Shown piece after piece: positions 48,210-60,093 of a stretch of 64,000 bases of DNA (positions are counted from its first letter, which is position 1; every line of letters starts with the position of its first letter). The stretch is from a cyanobacterium endosymbiont of Rhopalodia gibba (GTDB lineage: Bacteria > Cyanobacteriota > Cyanobacteriia > Cyanobacteriales > Microcystaceae). The notes under the pieces are model-generated. The model was not told the origin of the DNA, made no database searches, and worked only from the letters and a program-made list of their open reading frames with translations. Location: contig CP067995.1 of the NCBI GenBank assembly GCA_045159875.1, positions 64,001 to 128,000 on the forward strand, in the 5' to 3' direction. A program made the translations under genes and the position numbers.

Positions 48210-48920
48210 ATGAAGTTATTATTACCGTTATTAATTTTAGTGGCAACTGTTGTTTTTCTTATTCAAAACCAACAGGCTGTAACTCTTTATTTTCTAGGAA
48301 TAAATGCTAAAACTGCCTTATTTACTCTAACATTTCCAGTGGGAATTTGGGTAATTTTATTTAGTATTTCTGGAATTTTAACCAGTTTAATAATACAATT
48401 TCTCAATCAATTTTCTCCTAGAAACTTTACCTTTCCCCATCAATCCTCTCAACTCTCAGAGTCCTCCCCTTCTTCAAAAAAACCCGGTTGGGGAAACCCG
48501 TTTCAAAGGAATTGGGGAAAAATAGAACAAGACTTTGAGGAAGAAGATGGTTGGGATATTGAAAACCCACCGACAAAACCCACATTTACTCGTGAAAAAT
48601 TAGAACGAAAACTACAAGAAGAGGAGGAGCAAGCAGCAGGTTTTGAGGCTCGACAGTCCCCTAGAAAAGCCTTTCATCAAGGCTCAATTTATTCCTACAC
48701 ATATCGTGAACGCCACGACTCTGAAGACAGTGACTCTGAAGACAGTTCACTCTTTCAAGAATCGGTTAAACCTCCCCCGAAAAAGCAGGAGACTCTTGAG
48801 TTAAAAAATAAAACAGTTGAGCAAGTTTATGATGCTAGTTACCGCGTTTTAACTCCTCCTTATCGTAAGGATCAAGAGTCTTCCAATTTTGATCAAGAAG
48901 AAGATCAAGATTGGATATAA
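48210..48920 (+). CDS. LapA-like membrane protein with acidic disordered C-terminus
   Basis: Two N-terminal TMs (FLIQNQQ.V.LYF), GSIYSYTYR and VYDASYRVLTPP motifs. Confidence 0.7.
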   Translation: MKLLLPLLILVATVVFLIQNQQAVTLYFLGINAKTALFTLTFPVGIWVILFSISGILTSLIIQFLNQFSPRNFTFPHQSSQLSESSPSSKKPGWGNPFQRNWGKIEQDFEEEDGWDIENPPTKPTFTREKLERKLQEEEEQAAGFEARQSPRKAFHQGSIYSYTYRERHDSEDSDSEDSSLFQESVKPPPKKQETLELKNKTVEQVYDASYRVLTPPYRKDQESSNFDQEEDQDWI

Positions 48921-48980
48921 GAAACTTTAAAAGTTAAAATAGAAGTCTACGTTGCATCTACAATATTATTAATTGAACTG

Positions 48981-49799
48981 ATGAAATCCTATCTTGCTGC
49001 AGCTATTCAAATGACCAGTCAGCCTGATCTTCAAAAGAACTTAGCTGAGGCCGAAGAACTAATCGAATTGGCTGTGCGTCGGGGGGCTGAGTTAATTGGA
49101 CTACCAGAAAATTTTGCATTTTTGGGTAAAGAAGAAGAAAAATTAAAGGAAGCGAAAGTCGTTAACGAAAAATCTCAAAAATTTCTTAAGACTATGGCAC
49201 AACGCTTTCAAATCACGATTTTGGGGGGAGGTTTTCCCGTGCCTGTGGAAGGAGATTCTACCAAAGCTTACAACACTGCCATCTTAGTGGATTCTTCTGG
49301 AATAGAAGTCGCCCGTTATCAGAAAGTTCATCTGTTCGATGTAGATGTTCCTGATGGCAATACATATCGCGAGTCAAGTACGGTAATGGCGGGACAAAAC
49401 TTGCCTAATATTTATCCTTCTGAGCAATTTGGCAATTTAGGCCTTTCTATTTGCTACGATGTTCGCTTTCCTGAAATTTACCGTCACCTATCCCATCAGG
49501 GAGCTGATGTTCTGTTTATTCCCGCCGCCTTTACCGCCTTTACAGGCAAGGATCACTGGAAGGTATTACTTCAAGCTAGAGCTATTGAAAATACCTGTTA
49601 CGTGATCGCCCCTGCTCAAACTGGAAATCATTACGAACGACGGTATACTCATGGCCATGCTTGTATTGTCGATCCCTGGGGGACAATTTTGGCCGATGCA
49701 GGACAAGAAGAAGGAATGGTGATCGCAGAAATTGACCCTTCCCGCATTCAACAGGTACGCAGACAAATGCCTTCTCTGCAACATCGTGTCTTCATTTAA
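48981..49799 (+). CDS. Carbon-nitrogen hydrolase (Nit1/deaminated-glutathione amidase-like)
   Basis: LPENF, YQKVHLFD, SICYDVRFPE catalytic triad, LQARAIEN. Confidence 0.93.
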   Translation: MKSYLAAAIQMTSQPDLQKNLAEAEELIELAVRRGAELIGLPENFAFLGKEEEKLKEAKVVNEKSQKFLKTMAQRFQITILGGGFPVPVEGDSTKAYNTAILVDSSGIEVARYQKVHLFDVDVPDGNTYRESSTVMAGQNLPNIYPSEQFGNLGLSICYDVRFPEIYRHLSHQGADVLFIPAAFTAFTGKDHWKVLLQARAIENTCYVIAPAQTGNHYERRYTHGHACIVDPWGTILADAGQEEGMVIAEIDPSRIQQVRRQMPSLQHRVFI

Positions 49800-50283
49800 T
49801 ATTATTGGTTAGTCCACATAAAGCCGCATAGGCAATGGCGATTGCATCTACACTATCATCAATGGGAAGGAATTCTAACCCAAATAAATGACTCACCATG
49901 TAAGACACTTCTTTTTTAGTAGCTCGTCCATTTCCCAAATGACATTTCCAACTCGATTGATGGAGAAAGATAGGCTCGATTTTTACTTCACGATAACTTA
50001 CTAAATTAATCACTCCTAGAGCCTGCATTACACCACCTGCAGCTTTAATTTTACGGTCAAAATAGGGCATTTCAATAGCAATTTTATGGGGGCTAAATTC
50101 TAGAACTAACTCCACTAAATCTTGTTCGATTTCTACTAATCGCTGAGAGGTTGATAAAGTTTTTGGAGTTTCAATAATCCCATAGTCAATCAATAGAGGA
50201 TGATTTGATTTTGTTTCTTGTAAAATTGCCCATCCTAGAATGGCTAATCCTGGATCAATTCCTAACCAAATCAGTTCAGACAT
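49792..50283 (-). CDS. ruvC: Holliday junction resolvase
   Basis: LGIDPGLA..GW, AIE, G.GRATKKEV, DD..DAIAIA. Confidence 0.92.
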   Translation of the reverse strand: MSELIWLGIDPGLAILGWAILQETKSNHPLLIDYGIIETPKTLSTSQRLVEIEQDLVELVLEFSPHKIAIEMPYFDRKIKAAGGVMQALGVINLVSYREVKIEPIFLHQSSWKCHLGNGRATKKEVSYMVSHLFGLEFLPIDDSVDAIAIAYAALCGLTNNIK

Positions 50284-50315
50284 AATTAATTTAACGCAAA
50301 TTTTTCTAAAAAATC

Positions 50316-50760
50316 ATGTTTTATTTTAATTTAAAATTAGTATTTATTACCGTACCATCATCGAGTATAGGGGCAGCTCTTACTCAAAAATTTGCGACTC
50401 AAGGAGTAGAGAGTGCGTCATCAGCTTATCGAGTATATCGCTCACAGGAAATTGCTGACTAAATTGTTCTTTCAGAAGAAAGAACACTAATTATTTTAAG
50501 GGATGTTACCCAAGAGTAAAACTCAAAAGAATCAGTATCTATTTTACAGAAAAAATTCAGACAGATTAATGTGGTTGTTGCCAATACTTGATAGTTATTA
50601 ACAGGTAATTGAGAAGATATTTGTCTAGAAGATAATCAAAGATTATAGAATGTTAATTTATTAAAAGCCTTATAGATTATTTATGAATCCTTAGATAATT
50701 TCAAACAAACTAAAAGAAGACTAGTGATTACATATAAGTGCCGTAAAAAGTTATTTTTAT
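50316..50760 (+). pseudogene. Short-chain dehydrogenase (SDR) pseudogene
   Basis: VFITVPSSSIGAALTQKFATQG (cf. ITGASSGIG), DVTQE*, INVVVANT (cf. IDVVVANAG). Confidence 0.75.
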
Positions 50761-51909
50761 TCCAAAGGAAATTTCCCTTCAGTACAAGTAAATTTTCTTG
50801 GAGAACTTTATGTTAAATCAAATTAATCTTTTTACTATGTTATTTCCTTCTATATAATTATTTTTTTTTACAATGTCCCAAGCCTATTTTTAATAAAAGT
50901 AATAATTACTGTCAATAAATTGATGTTTAAATTAATTTAATTATTAATAGATAAAAAATATAAATCAACAAAAATTCTTTAAAAAGAATATTTTATTATA
51001 AAGTTTAATGATGTCAAACAAATTATATATAATTTCTTCAAAAAATAGTAAAAATATTTTATCAATGATATTAGGTATTTCAATATAATTGACAAGTTTA
51101 GTACAAATTAATATTCGAGAATCTCTACGATTGAAAGTCTCTCTTTATTCAAAAGTAGAGCTTTCAGTCATAGAGCGCTATTACTTTGAAAATACCTGTA
51201 ATAACTGAATAATTAAAGTTTAGATAAAAATAGTAATTATAACTTAGGATTAATTCATCTCATTAAGTTAATTTATAGTCAATAATTTAAGTAAACGCAT
51301 AGTTTTAACACATCAAGATTGGTTAGTTAAACTTGTAGTAAATTTTATGGAACCGAAGTTGTTATTCCTGACTTTTCTAGAAAAGTAACAATTAAGAAGG
51401 ATTTAAGTAAAAACTTATAGATTTAAACAATAAACTCTCAAAAATTAATTAAAAAATTTTATTGAAAAATATATAAAATATATGAAACAAACGCTAATTT
51501 TTGAGAAAAAAGATAGTAAAAATTATTATTCATGACTAATTACTTAGTTGATTTATAATAAATAATTACATGTCTAATTTTTGGTTTTTTGAATATAAAG
51601 TTGATAGTTAATGTAGTTGTTGGTTTCTGTATTTTACCTCACCTATCTTTGGGATAAGAACAACTTTTAATATTTTTATATATTCTATAATTTTCTGTTT
51701 TATAAAATAAAAAATTATCTCTTCTTGAAGACCAACCAAGTCTAGGTTACGATAAATAGTCCATAAATTTAAATTAGGTATACTTTACTAAGTACTAACT
51801 TAATTATTGCTATTAATATAGCAATAAAAACTCAAGAGATAGTATCTTTTATTTAGCCCATTGTCTTTCGAGAAATAATTTATTATTACGATGAATAATC
51901 TTACTTTTA

Positions 51910-52250
51910 TGATGGAAACTAATAAACTGTTAAGGGTAAATACAGAAACCTTTCTTTGTTGGGAACAAGAAGGGAAAATTCATGCCACGAGAACCGCTGA
52001 GGGTCGTCAGTAGTTTAACATAACTCAATTGTTCAGGTCTCAAGTTTAGTCTCTCTAAAGTTTTTAATACACAAGTGATTGTTCCGAACAACCCCGAAGA
52101 TGAGTCTGTTCAAGATGAGATCACCAAAGATTTTAAGAAATGTGATTGACTTATTTAAATCTCAGATTAGAGCAAACCCTAACTAAACAAATATGAAAAC
52201 TCCTTGAAGGGTTAAAAACCATCACTTGAAATTTTGAAAAGTTTAATGAA
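51910..52250 (+). mobile_element. IS607-family TnpA (MerR-HTH serine recombinase) remnant
   Basis: LLRVNTETFLCWEQEGKIHATRTAEGRQ*F (cf. LGV...TLRRWE.EGKI...RT.GG.RRY) and VIVPNNPEDESVQDEITKD. Confidence 0.7.
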
Positions 52251-52439
52251 GATTTAGGCAGTCTCTTCGCAAAGGTAAGGGACGTGCTACTAGTTTGCTA
52301 AAGAATATTTAGAAATTAATTCTTTTTCCCCTATTGCTGTCCCTCTCATCGTGTTCCGTTATCTCTACAGTAAAGGTGAGGAAATCCCTCCCCCAGTTAT
52401 CAGAAAATCCAGACAATTATTATTTCAATGACGGAATTG

Positions 52440-52466
52440 TTAGCACTCACTCCTATTGAGTGCTAA
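52440..52466 (+). promoter_or_regulatory. CIRCE operator (HrcA binding site)
   Basis: Perfect TTAGCACTC-N9-GAGTGCTAA upstream of groEL. Confidence 0.97.
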
Positions 52467-52747
52467 ATTGACATAAGTAGGGTCAGACCGTCCCGAAAAA
52501 TATTCACTCAGGACAACCTTGTTCAATTCAAACTAGAGAATTTAGGTTTCCAACTATAAATCAGTTCTGAGTGTAGAGCACTGCGCGTTAAAGTTAAAAC
52601 ATTGGCACAAGTATTGGTATAAACAAACAGCCAACTCTGTGCCTTTGACATTTTACAAGTAAGCGCAGCGGCATAGCTCACCTGAAGCTTTCTGAATCAG
52701 GGAAGTTGTTCAGTATCGAGAGTCACCAAAGTACCTAAGAAAAAATC

Positions 52748-54442
<1,695 letters not shown>

Positions 54443-54533
54443 TTCCCTAAGCTCTCAAGGTTCCCTATTTTACATAATTTTCTAAAGAGAGATATTCTTT
54501 TGAATGTCTCTTTTTCTTTGGACAAAAAAACAC

Positions 54534-54574
54534 AATCACTAATTAACTTTTTTAAAAAATGTTAATTAGTGATT
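54534..54574. terminator. Near-perfect palindrome downstream of groEL2
   Basis: AATCACTAATTAAC-TTTTTTAAAAAAT-GTTAATTAGTGATT. Confidence 0.55.
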
Positions 54575-54710
54575 AACCGTCCTTGAGAGTTGATTGCCCA
54601 AAAGTCTCTTGAGCAAGGTTTGTTCTGTTATCAAGGAGAAGAATAGGAGAAACGTTAGTATAGTGGGAACAACTCTTTATCTTTCGTTTGTTTTTGTACT
54701 AGTAGTCCCT

Positions 54711-56156
54711 ATGGAAGTTCCTGTAATTGGTAAGTTAAACAGTCCCCTCCCTCTGATTTTAGCCCTGATGACTGGGGGCATCATCTTAGTCGGCGGCATG
54801 ACCTACAAAATAGTTGAAACCCCAACTGCCGAAATTGAACTGAATGACTTAACAGTTCTGGTCAAACGGGAAACCTTGGCAGTAGAAATTGAAGCAAGTG
54901 GAACACTAGAACCTATTGAAAGTGTCAATCTTAGTCCAAAAAATCCAGGGAGACTACTAAAATTATTGGTACAACAAGGAATGTCTGTTAAACAAGGGCA
55001 AGTTCTCGCAGTCATGGAAAATACAGAGGTTCAAGCCCAAGGAAAACAAGCTCAAGCAAATTTTCAAAAAGCGGTCGCTGAACTCGAAGCAGCTAAAATT
55101 ACCATCCCTAGTGAAATTAACCAAGCTCAAACCCGACTTATTCAAGCTGAAGCTCAACTTGAAGAAACTCAAGCGAATCTAGCACGAGCTCAACAGAGAA
55201 TCCCAAGACATATTGAGCAAATTAAGGCACAAATATTGGCTGCTCGTTCTCGCACTCAATTGGCAGCTTCGCGTGTCAAGCGTAATGAAGAATTAATGAA
55301 AGAAGGGGCCATTACCCACGACAGTTTTGATGAAGTGATTAGCGACTATCATAATGCCGAAGCAAATTTGCTCGAAATTACCCAACGGCTCGAACAAGCT
55401 CAAAATACAGCTAACCCAGAAATTAGTCAACTACAACAGGACATCATCCGATCTCAAGCTGCTGTTACTGAAGCAAAAATTGCTTTTGAAGAACGGAAAA
55501 AAACGGCTGAGGCTGAAATCAGTCGCCTAGAAGCTTCTGTCACTGCCGCTAAGGCAGAATTAGAAAGAAGGATGATTCAATTCCAAGACACAGCTATTCG
55601 CGCTCCTTTTGACGGAATTATCACCCGAAAATATGCTGATGTTGGCGCATTTGTCACCCCAACTACCTCGGCATCTACTTCCATTTTGGCTTTAGCGCGA
55701 GGGTTAGAAGTAGTGGCCAAAGTTCCAGAGATGGATTTGGGGATGTTAGAAGTAGGACAACCAGTAAAAGTAATTGCTGATGCCTATCCGGATAAAATGT
55801 TTCAAGGAAAGGTGGTTCGTATTGCCCCAGAAGCAATTATTGACCGCAATGTCACTTCCTTTGAGGTCACTGTCGGGTTGGTGACAGGACGAGATGAACT
55901 TAAGTCTAAAATGAATGTAGATGTTACTTTTTTAGGAAAGCAACTCAGTAATGCTCTAGTGGTTCCCACGATAGCAATCGTTACCCAAGAAGGAAAAATA
56001 GGAGTCATGGTTCCTGATCAAGAAAATAACCCTCAATTTAAACCTGTTACTATCGGCATGGTTTTAAATGAAAAAACTGAAATTCTTTCCGGGTTAAATT
56101 CAGGAGCTCGAGTTTTTATTGATATTCCTTCTAATAAGAAAGACAAGAAATCTTAA
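54711..56156 (+). CDS. Efflux periplasmic adaptor subunit (MacA/HlyD-like)
   Basis: N-terminal TM, VNLSPKNPGRL lipoyl half, long coiled coil, IRAPFDGII; ATG at 54711 preferred. Confidence 0.9.
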   Translation: MEVPVIGKLNSPLPLILALMTGGIILVGGMTYKIVETPTAEIELNDLTVLVKRETLAVEIEASGTLEPIESVNLSPKNPGRLLKLLVQQGMSVKQGQVLAVMENTEVQAQGKQAQANFQKAVAELEAAKITIPSEINQAQTRLIQAEAQLEETQANLARAQQRIPRHIEQIKAQILAARSRTQLAASRVKRNEELMKEGAITHDSFDEVISDYHNAEANLLEITQRLEQAQNTANPEISQLQQDIIRSQAAVTEAKIAFEERKKTAEAEISRLEASVTAAKAELERRMIQFQDTAIRAPFDGIITRKYADVGAFVTPTTSASTSILALARGLEVVAKVPEMDLGMLEVGQPVKVIADAYPDKMFQGKVVRIAPEAIIDRNVTSFEVTVGLVTGRDELKSKMNVDVTFLGKQLSNALVVPTIAIVTQEGKIGVMVPDQENNPQFKPVTIGMVLNEKTEILSGLNSGARVFIDIPSNKKDKKS

Positions 56157-56304
56157 TCTTAATGACCATAGTTCTAAGTGTGACTAGGTTCTGCTCCGCA
56201 ACAGAGTTATGACTTGTTAAGACCAAAATAGTGGTTTGAGACTTCCAATATTGATCATTAGTTCACACATTGTATTGTGTCAAGCTTAAGTATTAACTAT
56301 TCAG

Positions 56305-57522
56305 ATGAATATTTTAGAAATCTTTAAAATGTCAGTGGCTATGTTAGCTGCTAATAAATTACAAACTAGCTTAACCATGCTAGGGATTATTATGGGTAAT
56401 GCTTCCGTGATTGCTACTATTGGTTTAGGACAAGGATCACAAAAACTTGCCAACGAACAATTAAAGTCTTTAGGTCCTAATATTCTGTTTGTTATGCCGG
56501 GTAATCAAAAAAGCCGTCGAACAACCTTTAATCTTCCCAAAACACTTGTTTGGGAAGATGCACAAGCTATTGCTTCCCAAGTTTCTAGCATCAAAGCAGT
56601 CGCCCCAGAAATTAGTCAACGTCAGTTAATTTCTTATAGAAATCAAAACACTAATGTAACCCTTGTTGGAACGAACTCTGAATATTCATCCGTCCGAGAC
56701 TTTCCAATAGCAATGGGACGGTTTATTAACCAAATTGATCTTCAACGTAATCAACGAGTAGCTGTAATTGGTTCAGAAATTGCTCAGAATTTATCTCTTT
56801 TACGTTATCCCATTGGGGAAAAAATTCGTATTAACAATATCAATTTTGAAATTGTCGGAGTAATGGAACCTAAAGGGTCTTTTTTTGGGATTAACCAGGA
56901 TGAAAGTATTATAATTCCCTTAACAACTATGGCTAACCAAATTGTCGGGCAGACTTCCCCTCATGGGGTCGCTTTGAGTGTAATTCATATAGAGGCAAAG
57001 AGTACAGATACTGTTCGCGCTGCTAAATTCCAAATTGAAAACTTACTACGCCTGAGACATCAAATTACGACCGAAGATGATTTTGGAGTCCGAACTTCTA
57101 AACAAATGATGTCTATTGTGAAAGTCATTACTTCAGGATTAACAATTATGTTAGTGGGGATTGCAAGTATTTCTTTGATTGTTGGCGGTATTGGCGTAAT
57201 GAATATTATGTTAGTTTCTGTGACCGAACGCACCCCGGAAATTGGACTCCGGAAGGCATTAGGTGCAACCCAAGGAGATATTCTAATTCAGTTTTTGATT
57301 GAAGCGGTTATTATTGCCATTTCTGGAGGAGTTATTGGGATTATGTTAGGCGTTAGTATTTTGGTGTTAGTTGGCGTGATGTTTCCCTTATCTCCTGTCA
57401 TTGCTTCCGAAACTATTTTTCTATCTTTAGCTATTTCTGGGGGAATTGGTTTAGGCTTTGGAGTAATTCCAGCACAACGGGCAGCCAAACTTGATCCTAT
57501 TGTTGCTTTAAGAAGTTCTTAA
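56305..57522 (+). CDS. MacB/FtsX-family ABC permease
   Basis: LTMLGII.G.ASVI, GGIGVMNIMLVSVTERT.EIGLRKALGA, PAQRAAKLDPI.ALR. Confidence 0.94.
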   Translation: MNILEIFKMSVAMLAANKLQTSLTMLGIIMGNASVIATIGLGQGSQKLANEQLKSLGPNILFVMPGNQKSRRTTFNLPKTLVWEDAQAIASQVSSIKAVAPEISQRQLISYRNQNTNVTLVGTNSEYSSVRDFPIAMGRFINQIDLQRNQRVAVIGSEIAQNLSLLRYPIGEKIRINNINFEIVGVMEPKGSFFGINQDESIIIPLTTMANQIVGQTSPHGVALSVIHIEAKSTDTVRAAKFQIENLLRLRHQITTEDDFGVRTSKQMMSIVKVITSGLTIMLVGIASISLIVGGIGVMNIMLVSVTERTPEIGLRKALGATQGDILIQFLIEAVIIAISGGVIGIMLGVSILVLVGVMFPLSPVIASETIFLSLAISGGIGLGFGVIPAQRAAKLDPIVALRSS

Positions 57523-58453
57523 CAGATCAAGAAACTTAGAAAATTTTTTAAAAAATGTAAGATCTTACTAAATCTGTCATGTAAAAATTCAAAATCTAAA
57601 GATAAAGTCTGATTGTTAATAAAAGGCTTCTCAAATGCCATACTTTGTCTATAAACAACATTGTAGCAGGTCTTGTATTTAAAGAAAATTATTCTAAACT
57701 CAACATTTTTACTTAATTTATACCTAAAGTATCAAATGCTTAATTTAGTTTTATCAATGAAATTCTAAGTTTAGAAGAACTCACCATTGATCATTATTAA
57801 ATTTTAGATGAGATAGGAATAGTTTAATTTTTTTAAAAAAATAGACTCAACAGTAACTTGCATCTACTGTAATTCAAATACCAGAAAACTTCATCAAAAT
57901 AATAAATTAACTATCAGAGATTTACCTTGAGCACAGAAGGCAGTCTATCCCAAGATTAATCGTCGTCAAATAAAATGTGATCAAAATCAATATAAAAAAA
58001 GTTGAAATAAGAGTTCAGCTTTTTTTTTAAAAAAAACATATCCTAGAAAATTTAAGAAAAAAATTTTCGAAGAGTTTCCAAATAGAAATATTAAGAATGT
58101 GCTCAAAAGTAACGAAGTAAGTTTAAAAAAAATAGAAACAATGCTCAAGTATTGCACTTGCTGAATATAGTTCAAGAACATTTGTCCACAGTGCCACTCA
58201 TTTTATCAACCCAATTCCACATCCATATTCAGACAACAGGGTTAAAAGGTTTTTTTTCTTAACTATTTGCCACAACCCACTATAGGGTAATTTTGGAGGA
58301 TAAATATTGACTGACAGTAATTTTTAGATAACTCAAATTCAGATTGTTGGGGAAAAAACTTCTGGTAAGTTAACTACATAAACCAACAACTACTTCTTCT
58401 TAAGAGAACTCATTGTTGATTGATAGTCAGTGGATAACTCAGTTAAAAAAACT

Positions 58454-58615
58454 TTAGCTTAGATCAACCCTTTCTATGAGAAGGACTAGATCATCAATGG
58501 GAGCAGGGGCAGCCATATCCGAAGGTAAAAAGGCACGAATGCTCACAAACACTAAGGCAACGACAAATATCAGGACAATAAGAAACGGAGCAATATATTG
58601 GCGAAAAAATGTCAT
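58454..58615 (-). CDS. 53-aa single-TM small protein, resembling a conserved cyanobacterial hypothetical
   Basis: Intact ATG..TAA frame MTFFRQYIAPFLIVLIFVVALVFVSIRAFLPSDMAAPAPIDDLVLLIERVDLS; missed by the 60-aa ORF cutoff; GC-richer than flanks. Confidence 0.8.
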   Translation of the reverse strand: MTFFRQYIAPFLIVLIFVVALVFVSIRAFLPSDMAAPAPIDDLVLLIERVDLS

Positions 58616-58699
58616 GGTTATGGGTTAAACAGGTCAACTATTAAAAATAGCAAGAGCCTATGTTTGATTAAAATTACAAGTGTCAACTATAGAATGCTT

Positions 58700-59460
58700 A
58701 ACAACTATCTTGTTTCATTGTTTTCACAATTATATTTTAAGACAGATAGGAAAATGGCAATTTGGTCATGTTTATGGTGCTGTTAATCGTTAAATCGAAA
58801 GATTTATCACCCTTAAAAATATCCATAATTAATGTTTTTTACTCATACATTTTTGGAAGAATTCTTCCGTTTAGTTTGCGCCAGACTAACATTGTATCTT
58901 GTCAGACGTTCAAACACTATAGCACAGGACTTGAAGGGAGAACCTTACAGGGTTTAATGAATGTAGAAGAAAAACTAAGCTTACAATACCACTTCAACTG
59001 AATTATTGATATCTTATTAGGTTCAGAACACGCCCATCAACGTCAAATAATTCATTGTGATATTAAACCAGAAAATATTTTACTTAATTTGACAGCTCAA
59101 GGATAGACAGCAATAATTCGCATTTTTGGTATTTCTTGTCTTATTCAAGAAACGGAAAAATCAAGTAGAGGAGAAAGTTACATCGGCTCTTCTGAACATA
59201 TAGCTGCTAAAAAAACTTATGATAACCATTATTTTAGTAGTGATTTTATTTTATGAATCAATCGTAAGAGAAATATCCTTTTCCGAACTTCCTCGGAGTT
59301 TAATCTTAATTCATCTTAACTAACTAATCACTATTACTGCTCAGATTCCTAAGTATTTGAGAGTAATTATTCAAAAGATATTATATAAGTTGTTTTGGCG
59401 ACGCTTTGCTTCAGCCCAAAAAGTGGTAACAGAATTGCGTCATTTAGCTAATTTGTTCGA
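58700..59460 (+). pseudogene. Hanks-type Ser/Thr protein kinase pseudogene
   Basis: QIGKWQFGHVY (degenerate Gly loop), HAHQRQIIHCDIKPENILL catalytic loop; stops and frameshifts. Confidence 0.88.
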
Positions 59461-60048
59461 TTGTTATTCCTTGCAATAGATTTTAAGTATTTCGTCCCCT
59501 TTGGTCAAATTGAATAAGGTTGAGAAACTTGATTAAACCACCTTAATTGCTCCTATTTTCTCCCTAAATGTTGTGTTTAACTAAAACAATAGAAATCTTA
59601 GAAAATGACAGTTTAAATGAACTTATTGAAAAAATTTTTTTAGAAAAAAAATTAGAAGTTACGTATTACTAGATGAACTTAAATATATTTAATTGTCAGA
59701 CAGACCATAAAGTGATTGCTAAAAATAAAGAGTAAAAGACTAATAAGATAGAGGAAATTGTTAAAAGAGAGGATAGTTGTCGGAACGAACTATAACCAAG
59801 GAATCAACAGTTAGATGTTATTTAATCTTTTATAATTGGTATTTAAGTACTTAACCAGATTTTAGATTGTAAATATTTATCTCAGATATTTTAAGATATA
59901 TGTCATGACTAAGAATATAGGTTTGATGCTAGAAATAGCTAAAAATTGATGAGTTTCAAGGAAAAAAGGAGAGTGCCAGTCGGTTAAAAACCTGTAGATA
60001 TAGGAAAATAAGACTATTTTTTTAAAAAAATCTAGAAAAGTTCAGATA

Positions 60049-60093
60049 TTAAAAACATATTTTAAAAATGTCATTTTTAAAATATGTTTTTAA
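60049..60093. repeat. Perfect 22-bp-arm palindrome with 1-nt spacer
   Basis: TTAAAAACATATTTTAAAAATG-t-CATTTTTAAAATATGTTTTTAA. Confidence 0.95.

Noticed and set aside
49792..49799. 8-nt 3' overlap of the convergent nitrilase and ruvC genes
   Set aside because: Short convergent overlaps are common; no evidence of function.
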